64,000 bases of DNA from NCBI GenBank assembly GCA_036280655.1, contig DASUQI010000037.1:8735-72734 (forward strand), read 5' to 3'. How positions within the stretch are numbered: the first letter of the stretch is position 1; each line of letters begins with the position of its first letter. Below are positions 36,251 to 46,151 of the stretch, piece by piece. The DNA is from Actinomycetota bacterium. Its GTDB lineage: Bacteria; Actinomycetota; UBA4738; HRBIN12. The translations under genes were made by a program, and so were the position numbers. The notes under the pieces are model-generated. The model was not told the origin of the DNA and did not search any database. It worked only from the letters and a program-made list of their open reading frames with translations.

Positions 36251-38338
36251 GTGAAGACCTACGAAGCCTCGGACATCCGCAACGTCCTGCTGGTCGGCCA
36301 CGGCGGGGCCGGCAAGACGACGCTCCTGGAGGGGATGCTCTTCACGGCCGGCGCAACCACGCGCATGGGCACGGTCGAGGACGGCAGCACCGCGAGCGAC
36401 TTCGAACCCGAGGAGGTCAAGAAGGGCATCAGCGTCTCGCTCGCGATGGCCCCGATCGAGTGGAATGGCGTCAAGGTCAACGTATTGGACGCGCCGGGCT
36501 ACGCCGACTTCGTCGGCGACGTTCGATCGGCGATCCGGGCGGTCGACGCGGTCCTGCTGGTGGTCTCCGCGGTCGACGGCGTCGAGGTGCAGACCGAGGT
36601 GGCCTGGGAGCTCGCCGTCGAGGCCGGCCTGCCGCGGGCGATCCTGATCAACAAGCTCGACCGCGAGCGCGCGTCGTTCCAGACCACGCTCGACCAGCTC
36701 GTGCAGTCGTTCGGGACCCAGGTCGCGCCGCTCGAGCTGCCGCTCGGCGAGGAGCACGAGTTCGAGGGCGTGGCGGACCTGCTCTCCAGGAAGGCCTACC
36801 GCTACGGCTCGGGGCCGAAGGCCGAGGAGGGCGAGTGGCCCGACGACATCTCGGGCAAGGCCGATCCGTACCGGGAGAAGCTCATGGAGGCGGTGGCCGA
36901 GTCCGACGACGCGCTGATCGAGAAGTACCTCGAGGAGGGAGAGCTCTCCGAGGAAGAGGTCGTGCACGGCGTGAAGCGCGGATTCGCCTCCGCCACGATC
37001 GCGCCGGTGCTGTGCGCGGCGGCGGCCAAGCCGATCGGCGTCGACCGCGTGCTGCAGTTCATCGCCGACGAGTTCCCCTCCCCCGCCGACCGCGGCGCGG
37101 TCACCGTGGTCGGCAAGGACGGGGAGGAGCAGGAGCGGGCCTGCGATGCGAACGAGAAGCTCGCCGCGTACGTCTTCAAGACGGTGTCCGACCCCTACGT
37201 CGGGCACATCACGATGTTCCGCGTGTTCTCCGGCAAGATGCGGCCGGACGCCCCCGTGTACAACGCGACGAAGAACACGGAGGAGCGCGTCGGCCAGCTG
37301 TTCACGCTCCGCGGCAAGGAGCACGATACGGTCTCGGAAGTGCCGGCCGGCGACATCGCGGCCGTCGCCAAGCTCTCGCACACGACGACCGGCGACACGT
37401 TCTCGACGAAGGACGCCCCGGTGACGCTCCCGCCGGCCGAGATGCCGGAGCCGCTGCTCGCGTTCGCGATCGAGCCGAAGACCAAGGGCGACGAGGACAA
37501 GCTCTCGACGGCGCTCGCGCGCCTGCGTGAGGAGGACCCCACGCTGCGGATCGAGCGCTCCGACGAGACGCACCAGACCGTGATGTACGGGATGGGCGAG
37601 GCGCACCTCGACGTCCAGATCGAGCGGATGAAACGCAAGTTCGGCGTCGAGGTGGCGACGGCGCCGGCGAAGATCGCCTACCGCGAGACGATCCGCGGCC
37701 CCGGCAAGGGGCTCGGGCGGCACGTGAAGCAGACCGGCGGTCACGGCCAGTACGCGGTCTGCAACATCGAGGTCGAGCCGCTCCCGCGCGGCGAGGGGTT
37801 CGAGTACGTCGACAAGATCTTCGGCGGCGCGATCCCCAACCAGTTCATCGGCTCGGTCGAGAAAGGAATCGTGAAGACGATGTCCGGCGGCGTGATCAGC
37901 GGGAACCCGATGGTGGACATCCGGTGCACGCTCGTGGATGGCAAGTTCCACTCGGTGGACTCGTCCGACATGGCGTTCCAACTCGCTGGCTCGCTCGCGC
38001 TCAAGGACGCGGCACAGCAGGCGGGCGTTGTCCTGCTCGAGCCGATCGTCGAGGTCGAAGTGGTGGTGCCCGAGTCCCACACGGGCGACATCATGGGCGA
38101 CCTGAACTCCAAGCGCGCCAAGATCCAGGGCATGGAGTCGGCCGGCGCCGGCAAGCAGCGCGTGAAGGCCCTCGTGCCGCAGGCCGAGGTGGCGCGCTAC
38201 TCGATCGACCTGCGCTCCATGACCGGCGGGCGGGCGGCGTTCTCGATGAAGTTCTCGCACTACGAGGAGGTCCCGAGCCACCTCGCGGAGAAGGTCATCG
38301 CGGCGGCGCAGCAGGAGAAGGAAGAAGCGAAGAAGTAG
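36251..38338 (+). CDS. Elongation factor G-like GTPase (EF-G paralogue, FusA2-like).
   Basis: GTG start: VKTYEASDIRNVLLVGHGGAGKTTLLEGML… plus G-domain motifs (DAPGYADF, NKLD) and EF-G domains II-V. It is the only long plus-strand gene in a minus-strand backbone. Confidence 0.9.
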   Translation: MKTYEASDIRNVLLVGHGGAGKTTLLEGMLFTAGATTRMGTVEDGSTASDFEPEEVKKGISVSLAMAPIEWNGVKVNVLDAPGYADFVGDVRSAIRAVDAVLLVVSAVDGVEVQTEVAWELAVEAGLPRAILINKLDRERASFQTTLDQLVQSFGTQVAPLELPLGEEHEFEGVADLLSRKAYRYGSGPKAEEGEWPDDISGKADPYREKLMEAVAESDDALIEKYLEEGELSEEEVVHGVKRGFASATIAPVLCAAAAKPIGVDRVLQFIADEFPSPADRGAVTVVGKDGEEQERACDANEKLAAYVFKTVSDPYVGHITMFRVFSGKMRPDAPVYNATKNTEERVGQLFTLRGKEHDTVSEVPAGDIAAVAKLSHTTTGDTFSTKDAPVTLPPAEMPEPLLAFAIEPKTKGDEDKLSTALARLREEDPTLRIERSDETHQTVMYGMGEAHLDVQIERMKRKFGVEVATAPAKIAYRETIRGPGKGLGRHVKQTGGHGQYAVCNIEVEPLPRGEGFEYVDKIFGGAIPNQFIGSVEKGIVKTMSGGVISGNPMVDIRCTLVDGKFHSVDSSDMAFQLAGSLALKDAAQQAGVVLLEPIVEVEVVVPESHTGDIMGDLNSKRAKIQGMESAGAGKQRVKALVPQAEVARYSIDLRSMTGGRAAFSMKFSHYEEVPSHLAEKVIAAAQQEKEEAKK

Positions 38339-38428
38339 TCAATCTGATCAGCGCCGGCACTCACGGGGTCAGTGGCGGCTGCTCTGGGCTCCCAGGAATC
38401 GGCGTCGTGTCCGGCGCCGTCGGTGGAA

Positions 38429-38665
38429 TCAGCTTCTGTTACTGCGCGCGCGCATCCGGTCGACAAGCCCGGCCTTCCCAAAGGCGTTGAGTCCATAGTC
38501 GATCGCGACGAGGAGGATTGGCACCGAAAGGGCGAGCCACCATCCGATCCCAGAGCGCACGAGCCGAGAGATGAGCCAGCCTCCGATAAGGAGCGTCACA
38601 TCCAAGCCGATCGCTGCTCCCACTCGTTCCCTGCTCATTCGATCACCCACATCGCTCAGGGTCAT
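38429..38665 (-). CDS. Small two-TM membrane protein (78 aa).
   Basis: Two hydrophobic helices (LLIGGWLISRLV, WWLALSVPILLVAIDYGL). No strong RBS. Confidence 0.35.
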   Translation of the reverse strand: MTLSDVGDRMSRERVGAAIGLDVTLLIGGWLISRLVRSGIGWWLALSVPILLVAIDYGLNAFGKAGLVDRMRARSNRS

Positions 38666-38737
38666 GCAGACATGTGTTCGACCGAAGGTGCACAGGGCTT
38701 GATCAGCAGCCCCAGACTTCGGGGCTCAAGCATGCGC

Positions 38738-39562
38738 CTACGAAACGTCCGCGAGGAACCCCAGCACCACGCGGTCGAACTCGTCCGGCCGCCGCAAATT
38801 GATCACGTGATCCGTCTCGGGGATCCGGACGAGCCGGGCGTTCGGGATCCGTTCGGAGAGCGCCAAAGCGATCGGCTCCATCTCGGGCGGATCGTGATCG
38901 GCGGGCAGGACGAGCGTCGGCACCGAGATCTCTCCGAGCCGCTCGAACGCCGGCGGGTCGAGCCGCTCCTGCGCGCTCTCGTCCATCGTGAGCTCGTGCA
39001 GGTTGTCGAACGCGATGTCCCGGATCCTCCGTCCGCCCTCGTCGCCGGTGCCCAGCCGCGCCCACATCGTCGAGAGCCGGAGGTCCTGCGCCCGCTCGAG
39101 GTCGCCGGCCTCGACCGCCGCGTCGACCGGCGCGTCGTGCTCGGTCCACCACGCCTCCCAGTCGGCCTCCTGCTCCGGCGTCCCCTCGAAGCCGCTCGGG
39201 CCCGCTGCGGCGAGCACGAGCGCCGCGACCCGCTCCGGATGGACGATCGTGAAGTCGATCGCGGTCGCGCCGCCCATCGAGCAGCCGACGAGCGCCGCGC
39301 GTTCGATCCCGGCGTCGTCGAACACCGCGAGCAGGTCCCGCGCGTGCGAGTAGGGGACGCCGGGCTCCGGGCGGCTCGAGCGCCCGTACCCCCGCGCGTC
39401 GAGCCGGAGCACCCGGTATCGCTCGGCGAACGTGGCGAACTGCGGGTCCCACGTCCGCGAGTCCCAGAGCCCGGGGTGCAGGAAGACCACGGCGTCGCCG
39501 GAGCCCGCCTCCTCGACGTAGAGCCGGCCGCCCTCAACGTCGACGAACCGCGACCCCGTCAT
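38738..39562 (-). CDS. Alpha/beta hydrolase-fold protein.
   Basis: MTGSRFVDVEGGRLYVEEAGSGDAVVFLHPG…GCSMGG nucleophile elbow. The ATG start overlaps the HIT stop (ATGA). The upstream 158 aa of the track ORF are an artefact. Confidence 0.85.
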   Translation of the reverse strand: MTGSRFVDVEGGRLYVEEAGSGDAVVFLHPGLWDSRTWDPQFATFAERYRVLRLDARGYGRSSRPEPGVPYSHARDLLAVFDDAGIERAALVGCSMGGATAIDFTIVHPERVAALVLAAAGPSGFEGTPEQEADWEAWWTEHDAPVDAAVEAGDLERAQDLRLSTMWARLGTGDEGGRRIRDIAFDNLHELTMDESAQERLDPPAFERLGEISVPTLVLPADHDPPEMEPIALALSERIPNARLVRIPETDHVINLRRPDEFDRVVLGFLADVS

Positions 39563-40056
39563 CGCGCCTCCTCGAACCGCGGCCGCAACCGCGCGCCGGT
39601 CTCCTCGAGCAGCTCGGGCAGCACGCGCGTCTGACCGACGACCGGCATGAAGTTCGTGTCGCCGTTCCACCGCGGCACGACGTGCCAGTGCACGTGGCCG
39701 GGGATCCCCGCGCCCGCGACGCGACCCAGGTTCATCCCGAGGTTGTAGCCGTGCGGCTGCATCTCGTCGTCGAGCACCCGGATCGAACGCGCGACGAGCG
39801 CGTCGACCTCCGCGAGCTCCTCCGCCTCGAGCGCCCCGAACTCCCCGACGTGCCGGAACGGCGCCACCATCAGGTGCCCCGGGTTGTACGGGAACGAGTT
39901 CAGGATCACGAACGCGAGCTCGCCGCGCGAGAGGATCTTCGTCCGCTCGTCGTCGTCCTCGGCCGGCAGGTCGCAGAAGATGCAGCCTTCGTCGTCGGTC
40001 GCCCGCTTGGCGGCCTCGATGTACTCCATCCGCCACGGCGACCAGATGCGTTCCAC
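39559..40056 (-). CDS. HIT-family (histidine triad) hydrolase.
   Basis: …IWSPWRMEYI…CIFC… and the histidine triad GHVHWHVVPR. Start is taken as a GTG just after the thrS stop. The long N-terminal extension in the track ORF is antisense to thrS. Confidence 0.82.
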   Translation of the reverse strand: MERIWSPWRMEYIEAAKRATDDEGCIFCDLPAEDDDERTKILSRGELAFVILNSFPYNPGHLMVAPFRHVGEFGALEAEELAEVDALVARSIRVLDDEMQPHGYNLGMNLGRVAGAGIPGHVHWHVVPRWNGDTNFMPVVGQTRVLPELLEETGARLRPRFEEAR

Positions 40057-40061
40057 CTCCG

Positions 40062-41981
40062 TCAGAACACCGACTGGGTGAGCCGCCGGGTGCCCGCCTC
40101 CTCGACGAGCGCCGCGGCGAACGCGTCGAACGCCACGCCCTTGGTCTCGGTCCCCTCGCGTTCTCTGACCGTAAGCTCGCCCGACTCGATCTCCCGGTCG
40201 CCGATCACGAGCACGTAGGGCGCCTTCGCGACCTGCGCCGAGCGGACCTTCTTGCCCACGGTCTCGCCGCTCTCGTCGACAAACGGACGCAGGCCCGCCT
40301 CGCGGAGGCGCGCCGCGAGCCCGCGCGCATGCTCGACGTGCCGGTCCGCGACCGGGACGAGCCGGACCTGCTCCGGCGCGAGCCAGAGCGGGAACGCACC
40401 CGCGTAGTGCTCGATCAGGACCGCGGTGAACCGCTCGAGCGAGCCGAGGATCGCACGATGGATCATCACCGGCCGGTGGCGCTGGTTGTCCTCGCCCACG
40501 TACTCCATCTCGAACCGGTCCGGCAGGCCGAAGTCGCACTGCACGGTCGTGAGCTGCCACAGTCGCCCGATCGCGTCGCGGAAGTGGAAGTCGACCTTCG
40601 GGCCGTAGAACGATCCCTCGCCCTCGGCCACCCGGTACTCGAGCCCGCTCCGCTCGAGGGCGTCGCGGAGCGCGCCTGTCGCCCGCTCGGCCATCTCGGG
40701 GCTCACGATCGTGTCGCCCGGCAGGGTCGAAAGCTCGACCGCGGCATCGGTAAACCCGAACGTCGCGTGCACTGCCTGCGTGAACTCGAAGACGCGCAGG
40801 ATCTCGTCGACGAGCTGGTCGGGCGTGCAGACGATGTGGGCGTCGTCGATCGAGAGACCGCGGAGCCGGAGCAGGCCGTGGAGGGTCCCCACCCGCTCGT
40901 GCCGATACACCGCACCGAGCTCCGAGAGCCGCATCGGCAGATCACGGTAGGACCGCGTCTGCGACTTGTAGACGAGCACGTGGAACGGGCAGTTCATCGG
41001 CTTCGCGTAATAGTCGCCGGTCTCGGTCTGCATCGGCGGGTACATGTTCGCCCCGTACTTGTCGAGATGGCCGCTCGTCTCCCAGAGCACCGAGCGGGCG
41101 ATGTGCGGCGTCAGGACCAGGTCGTAGCCGCCGGCGACGTGGACCTCGCGCACGAAGTCCTCGAGCTGCCTCCGCAGGATCCCGCCCTTCGGGTGCCAGA
41201 TCCACAGGCCGGGGCCGAGCTCGTCCGGGCTCGAGAACAGGTCGAGCTCGCGGCCGAGCCGGCGGTGGTCGCGCTTCTCGGCCTCCTCGAGGCGCTGCAG
41301 GTACCCGTCGAGGTCGTCCTGCGTCGCCCATGCGGTGCCGTAGATCCTCGTCAGCATCGTGCGGGTCTCGTCGCCGCGCCAGTACGCGCCGGCGAGTTTG
41401 GTCAGCTTGAAGGCGCCGAGGCGGCCGGTCGACGGGACGTGCGGGCCGAGGCAGAGATCCGACCAGCCGCCGTTCCGGTACACGGTGACCGTCTCGCCGC
41501 CGCCGACCTCGCCCTCCTCGAGGGTCTCGACGATCTCACGCTTGTACGGCTGGTCGGCGAATCGCTCGAGCGCCTCCGCGCGCGAGAGTTCCTCGCGGAC
41601 GAACGGCTGGTCCGCGTCCACGAGCTCGCGCATCCGGTCCTCGATCTTCGGCAGGTCGGTCTCGGAGACCGGACCATGGAGCTCGAGGTCGTAGTAGAAG
41701 CCGTCCTCGACCGGCGGGCCGATCGCGTACCTCGCGCCCGGGAACAGGTCGCACACCGCCTGCGCCATCACGTGCGCCGCCGAGTGGCGCAGCACGTGGA
41801 GCCCGTCGGGGTCGTTCGGCAGGACCGGCGCGACCTCGCCGTCGCCGGACGGGACGAACGACAGGTCCACCAGGCGCCCTTCCGCCCGCGCGGCGATCGC
41901 CTCGGGCGGCAAGACGGAGCCGACCGGCTCCCCGTCGGGGAGCTCGGTCGTGGTGCCGTCGGCACGCGTGAGCTTCGGCAT
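40062..41981 (-). CDS. thrS: Threonine--tRNA ligase.
   Basis: MPKLTRADGTTTELPDGEPVG… (TGS domain), editing domain HxxxH, class II core, anticodon-binding domain. The 92 residues upstream in the track ORF are read-through. Confidence 0.95.
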   Translation of the reverse strand: MPKLTRADGTTTELPDGEPVGSVLPPEAIAARAEGRLVDLSFVPSGDGEVAPVLPNDPDGLHVLRHSAAHVMAQAVCDLFPGARYAIGPPVEDGFYYDLELHGPVSETDLPKIEDRMRELVDADQPFVREELSRAEALERFADQPYKREIVETLEEGEVGGGETVTVYRNGGWSDLCLGPHVPSTGRLGAFKLTKLAGAYWRGDETRTMLTRIYGTAWATQDDLDGYLQRLEEAEKRDHRRLGRELDLFSSPDELGPGLWIWHPKGGILRRQLEDFVREVHVAGGYDLVLTPHIARSVLWETSGHLDKYGANMYPPMQTETGDYYAKPMNCPFHVLVYKSQTRSYRDLPMRLSELGAVYRHERVGTLHGLLRLRGLSIDDAHIVCTPDQLVDEILRVFEFTQAVHATFGFTDAAVELSTLPGDTIVSPEMAERATGALRDALERSGLEYRVAEGEGSFYGPKVDFHFRDAIGRLWQLTTVQCDFGLPDRFEMEYVGEDNQRHRPVMIHRAILGSLERFTAVLIEHYAGAFPLWLAPEQVRLVPVADRHVEHARGLAARLREAGLRPFVDESGETVGKKVRSAQVAKAPYVLVIGDREIESGELTVREREGTETKGVAFDAFAAALVEEAGTRRLTQSVF

Positions 41982-42019
41982 CGGCGGCCATGATATCGGC
42001 CGCCCGGAGGCGGGCCGAC

Positions 42020-44554
42020 CTACTCGTACGAGATCGCGTTCAGCACGTTGAGCTTGGCCGCGCGCCGCGCCGGGAAGATCGCGAACACGACGCCGAGCAC
42101 GGCCGCGAACACGACGTAGAAGACGAGCTGCCCGCCCGGGATCCCGAGCTCGCTGAACCCCTCGGGCGCGAGCGCTTGCTGGAGCGCCACCCCGAACAGG
42201 ATGCCGATCACGACGCCGAGCACCGCGCCCATGATCGAGATGATCACGGCCTCCCATCGAACCATCGACCGCGTCTGCCGGCGCGTGAGCCCGACGGCCC
42301 GCAGCAGCCCGAGCTCACGGGTGCGTTCGTAGATCGAGAGGTAGAGCGTGTTCATCACGCCGAACAGCGCGATGATCACCGCGAACAGGAGCAGCGCCGT
42401 GACGAGGTTCAGCAGTTGGTTGAGGAAGTCCGCGTACATGTCGCGGAACGAGGCCTGGTCCTGCACGTCAATGTTCGGGTAGATCTCGAGCGCCGACTCG
42501 AGGTCCGACTGGACCGCGGCGATGTCGGCCCCCGGCTCGGCCTTGATGAGCACGAAGAGGTCGAGCACCTGCGCGACGTTCGCGTCGTAGGTCTCGAGCG
42601 ACGTCACCCAGTCGCCGACCAACCCGTTCTCCTCGTAGATCACCGCGACCTCGAGGTCCACCTCGCCGGTCGCGGGCCACTCGACCGTGACCGTGTCGCC
42701 GATCCCCCATCCCTCGTTCGCGGCGACGTCCTGGTGGACCGCGATCGTGTTCGGCGCCCCGAGGTCGCTGACCGAACCCTCGAGGACGCCCATCTCGGAG
42801 ACCGAGTCGAACGTCTCCGGATCGATCCCGGTCATGAACACGGTCCCGCCGTCCACCTTGGCCTCGGCCTGGCGGACCTCCGAGACCGTCTCGACGCCCC
42901 CCACCGTCCGCAGGTCCTCGGCGGCCGAGGTGCTGAAGCCGGTGAACGTCGGCGAGGTCAGGATGAAGTCCGCCTTCAACGTGCGCTCGAGGACGACCGT
43001 GGTCGAGGCCTTCGCCGAGGCGCCGAACACCGCGACGAACACGACGAGCCCGAGCCCGATCATGAGCGCCGAGGCGGTCGCGGCCGTCCGGCGCGGGTTC
43101 CGCATCGAGTTCTCTCGTCCGAGCTTCCCGGGCACCCCGGTGCGGCGGATCGGAAGCCCCAGGGTGCCCGCCATGGGCCGGGCGAACAGCGGCGTGAGCA
43201 TCGCCACGCCGACGAAGGTGAGTGCGACGCCGATGCCGACGAACTGCAACGCGTTGTCCGGCCGCCCGAACAGGCCGTACAGCAGTGGGAGCACGCCGAG
43301 CGCCAGGACGACGGCGCCCGAGACGATCCGGAACCGCAGCGAGCGGCCCGGACGGTCCTGCGCCTCGCGCAGGGCCTCGATCGGCGCGACGCGAGCCGCC
43401 CGGCGGGCCGGCACGAGGGCGGCCACCACCGTGACGATCGTCCCGACGAGGATCGAGACGATGAAGGTCCGGGGCAGGATCGCCGTTCCCGACGACGGGA
43501 TCACGAACCCGGCCGCATTCAGCGCGGACTGCAGCAGGAACGCGATCCCGATCCCGACGAGGACCCCGATCAGCGAGGACAGGATGCCGATCACCACGGC
43601 CTCGACCAGCACGGAGGTCATCACCTGGCGCCCGCTCGCACCGAGGGCACGGAACAGCGCGAGCTCCCGGGTCCGCTGCGCGACGATGATCGCGAACGTG
43701 TTGAAGATGATGAACGCGCCGACGAACAGTGCAACGAACGCGAACACGAGGAACGCGGTCCGAAGGAACCCGAGCCCCGTGCTGATCTGGTCCTGCGCCT
43801 CCGAGGTGACGGTCGCGGCGGTCACCGCCTCGGCGCCCGGGGGCAGGACCTCCGCGATCCGGCCTTGCAGCTCGATCCCGGAGACGCCCTCGTCGGCTAC
43901 GACGGATATCGAGTCGAGCTCGCCCTCCTTGCCGAGCAGCTGCTGCGCCGTCGGCAGGTCGAACAGCGCCCACGTGGCGCCGAATATGGACCCGCCGTCC
44001 CCGTAGCTCGCGATCCCCACGACGTCGAACTCACCGGGCGGGCCCTGGAACAGGATCCGTACCCGGTCGCCGACCGAGATGCCGGCGGTCTCGGCCGTGT
44101 CGGCGTCGATCACGACCTGGTCGGGACCCTGCGGCGGCGAGCCGCCCGGCTCGAGCGTGAACCCGTTCAGGTCGTTCCATCCGGAGGCCGCGGTCGGCGG
44201 CCCGAACGTCCCGATCACGTCCCCGGTCGTGGGGTCGACGATCTGCGCGTAGCCGAGGACGTCGCCGACGGCCCTCGCGACACCGGGGACGGCCTCCACC
44301 TCCTGCAGCACGGACTCGGGGATCGACTCGCGCTCATCGAGGCTGCTCGTCTGCGCGGTGAACGCGTTCTCGCTGCGGACGAGCACGTCGATCTGCGAAT
44401 ATGTGCTCTCGAACAGGTCGTTGAACGCCCGGGTCATCGTGTCGGTGAGCACGAACGTCCCCGCCATGAACCCGACCCCGAGCACCACCGACAGGCCGGT
44501 GAGCAGCAGCCGGACCTTCCTCGCGAGGAGGCTGCGGATCGCGGCGCGGAACAC
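42020..44554 (-). CDS. ABC transporter permease with two FtsX-like domains (MacB/YbbP-type, 844 aa).
   Basis: Two repeats, each an N-terminal TM helix, a large extracytoplasmic domain, then three TM helices. 4-nt overlap with the ATPase gene. Confidence 0.9.
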   Translation of the reverse strand: MFRAAIRSLLARKVRLLLTGLSVVLGVGFMAGTFVLTDTMTRAFNDLFESTYSQIDVLVRSENAFTAQTSSLDERESIPESVLQEVEAVPGVARAVGDVLGYAQIVDPTTGDVIGTFGPPTAASGWNDLNGFTLEPGGSPPQGPDQVVIDADTAETAGISVGDRVRILFQGPPGEFDVVGIASYGDGGSIFGATWALFDLPTAQQLLGKEGELDSISVVADEGVSGIELQGRIAEVLPPGAEAVTAATVTSEAQDQISTGLGFLRTAFLVFAFVALFVGAFIIFNTFAIIVAQRTRELALFRALGASGRQVMTSVLVEAVVIGILSSLIGVLVGIGIAFLLQSALNAAGFVIPSSGTAILPRTFIVSILVGTIVTVVAALVPARRAARVAPIEALREAQDRPGRSLRFRIVSGAVVLALGVLPLLYGLFGRPDNALQFVGIGVALTFVGVAMLTPLFARPMAGTLGLPIRRTGVPGKLGRENSMRNPRRTAATASALMIGLGLVVFVAVFGASAKASTTVVLERTLKADFILTSPTFTGFSTSAAEDLRTVGGVETVSEVRQAEAKVDGGTVFMTGIDPETFDSVSEMGVLEGSVSDLGAPNTIAVHQDVAANEGWGIGDTVTVEWPATGEVDLEVAVIYEENGLVGDWVTSLETYDANVAQVLDLFVLIKAEPGADIAAVQSDLESALEIYPNIDVQDQASFRDMYADFLNQLLNLVTALLLFAVIIALFGVMNTLYLSIYERTRELGLLRAVGLTRRQTRSMVRWEAVIISIMGAVLGVVIGILFGVALQQALAPEGFSELGIPGGQLVFYVVFAAVLGVVFAIFPARRAAKLNVLNAISYE

Positions 44555-44556
44555 GC

Positions 44557-45321
44557 TCAGCCCTCCAGCGACTTCAGGCGGTCGAGCACGCGTTCCGTCG
44601 TCGGCTCCAGCATCTCGTCCACGACCTTGCCGTCGCCGAGGAACACGATCCTGTCGGCGAAGCTCGCCGCCGACGCGTCGTGCGTCACCATCACGATCGT
44701 CTGATCGTGGTCCTTCACGGCCGCCCGGAGAAAGGCGAGGATCTCCTGCCCCGCCTTCGAGTCCAGGGTCCCGGTGGGCTCGTCGGCGAACACGATCTCG
44801 GGCTTGCTGACGAGGGCCCGCGCACTGGCGACCCGCTGCTGCTGTCCGCCCGACAGCTCCATCGGCCGGTGCGAGAGGCGGTCCCGGATCCCGGTCGTGT
44901 CGACCACCTGATCGAACCAGGCCTGGTCCGGGTCCTCCCCCGCGATGTCGAGCGGGAGCGTGATGTTCTCCCGGGCAGTGAGCGTGGGCACGAGGTTGTA
45001 GGCCTGGAAGACGAAGCCGACCTTCTGCCGGCGCAGGAGCGTGAGGGCCTTCTCCGAGAGCATCGTGAGGTCCACGTCGCCGATGAAGACCTGGCCGGAC
45101 GTCGGGGTGTCGAGGCCGGCCATGCAGTGCAGGAGGGTCGACTTGCCGGACCCCGACGGCCCCATGATCGCGGTGAACCTCGCGCGCTCGAAATCGACCG
45201 AGACGTCGTCGAGCGCCCGGACGGCTGCGTCACCCTCGCCGTAGACCTTGCTGAGCCCGACGGCGCGCGCCGCGATCCCGGTCCGAGCCTCGGGCGGCGC
45301 GATCTCGTTGGTTGCGGACAT
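44557..45321 (-). CDS. ABC transporter ATP-binding protein (MacB/LolD-like).
   Basis: Walker [11 protein letters not shown]-loop, signature LSGGQQQRV, Walker [13 protein letters not shown]. Confidence 0.93.
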   Translation of the reverse strand: MSATNEIAPPEARTGIAARAVGLSKVYGEGDAAVRALDDVSVDFERARFTAIMGPSGSGKSTLLHCMAGLDTPTSGQVFIGDVDLTMLSEKALTLLRRQKVGFVFQAYNLVPTLTARENITLPLDIAGEDPDQAWFDQVVDTTGIRDRLSHRPMELSGGQQQRVASARALVSKPEIVFADEPTGTLDSKAGQEILAFLRAAVKDHDQTIVMVTHDASAASFADRIVFLGDGKVVDEMLEPTTERVLDRLKSLEG

Positions 45322-45358
45322 CTGCTCTCCCCTCGGACGGCATCGTGCTGCGGCCGGG

Positions 45359-45430
45359 TGGGCGCGGCAGGTTTTGAACCTGCGACCTCTCGCGTGTGAG
45401 GCGAGCGCTCTCCCGCTGAGCTACGCGCCC
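45359..45430 (-). tRNA. tRNA-Val (anticodon CAC).
   Basis: Reverse complement: GGGCGCGTAGCTCAGCGGGAGAGCGCTCGCCTCACACGCGAGAGGTCGCAGGTTCAAAACCTGCCGCGCCCA. It has a 7-bp acceptor stem, an anticodon stem CTCGC/GCGAG with loop CU-CAC-AC, and a GGTTCAAAACC T-arm. Confidence 0.8.
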
Positions 45431-45665
45431 GGAGTTCGACAGGGTAGCAACCGAGGCTGGGGGCGACCGGATGGTAGCCCCCCGAATAGGAGACGGCGGC
45501 GCGTGCCCGCGTCGCGCCGCCGTCCATCGCCGAGCGTCGTAGCTCGGACGTCTTGGTTCGAACTATGCACCGGCGCGGGCGACCGACGCAAGCCCGGATT
45601 TCGTCAACCCATTGCGCCGGAGCGCATCCCGACCCTCAGAGCCAGCAACAGGCAGGCTGTCGACC

Positions 45666-46106
45666 TCAGGCGTAAGGGCGACCCGACGGCTCGGGGCGGG
45701 GCGCCCTCGGGTCGTCGGCGATGCCCCCCGGGACGAACAGCTCCGCGCGTGTGGTCAGCCCCCAGATGATGAGGACGTCCAGCGCGATGATCAGCGTGGA
45801 CCCGAGCGGATGCGCGCCGAGCGAGGCGAACGAGATGATCACCGAGGCGCCCGCGAGGAAGATCCCGAGCGTCCGCCCGGACGTGGCGCGCCCGACGATC
45901 AGGTACGCGGCGCCGATCTGGAGGATGCCGAGGACGAGCCAGATCCAGCCCCACACCTGGAGGTTCTCGTACAGGAGCGAGCTCTCGTCGAAGTACTCCT
46001 TCTTGAAGATCGCGGCCATCCCGTGGATCGCGTTGAGGAACCCCACGAGCGTGAACAGCACCGCGGCGAAGCTGACGATCCCGCTGCTCGGTGTCCGGCT
46101 CGACAT
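45666..46106 (-). CDS. Hypothetical four-TM membrane protein.
   Basis: 146 aa with four clear hydrophobic helices. No recognisable catalytic motif. Confidence 0.5.
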   Translation of the reverse strand: MSSRTPSSGIVSFAAVLFTLVGFLNAIHGMAAIFKKEYFDESSLLYENLQVWGWIWLVLGILQIGAAYLIVGRATSGRTLGIFLAGASVIISFASLGAHPLGSTLIIALDVLIIWGLTTRAELFVPGGIADDPRAPRPEPSGRPYA

Positions 46107-46151
46107 CGTTGCCCTCCTCGCTCGCGTCGTGGCGGTTCTACCACGGGCGGG

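Noticed and set aside
36143-38281. 712-aa minus ORF (and 36460..37530 plus).
   Set aside because: Antisense or off-frame to the EF-G-like gene, which has complete G-domain motifs.
38738-40036. 432-aa ORF as a single hydrolase, and the 333-aa HIT ORF 39559..40560.
   Set aside because: In both cases the N-terminal halves are R/G-rich read-through that overlaps the neighbouring thrS/HIT genes. Internal starts give canonical domain lengths.
41990-44704. 904-aa plus ORF (and 42468..43973, 42687..44006).
   Set aside because: Antisense or off-frame to the FtsX-type permease. It lacks TM helices or motifs and is R/D-rich.
45540-45612. GGTTCGAAC-containing segment resembling a tRNA T-arm.
   Set aside because: No acceptor stem, D-arm or anticodon arm can be folded around it.
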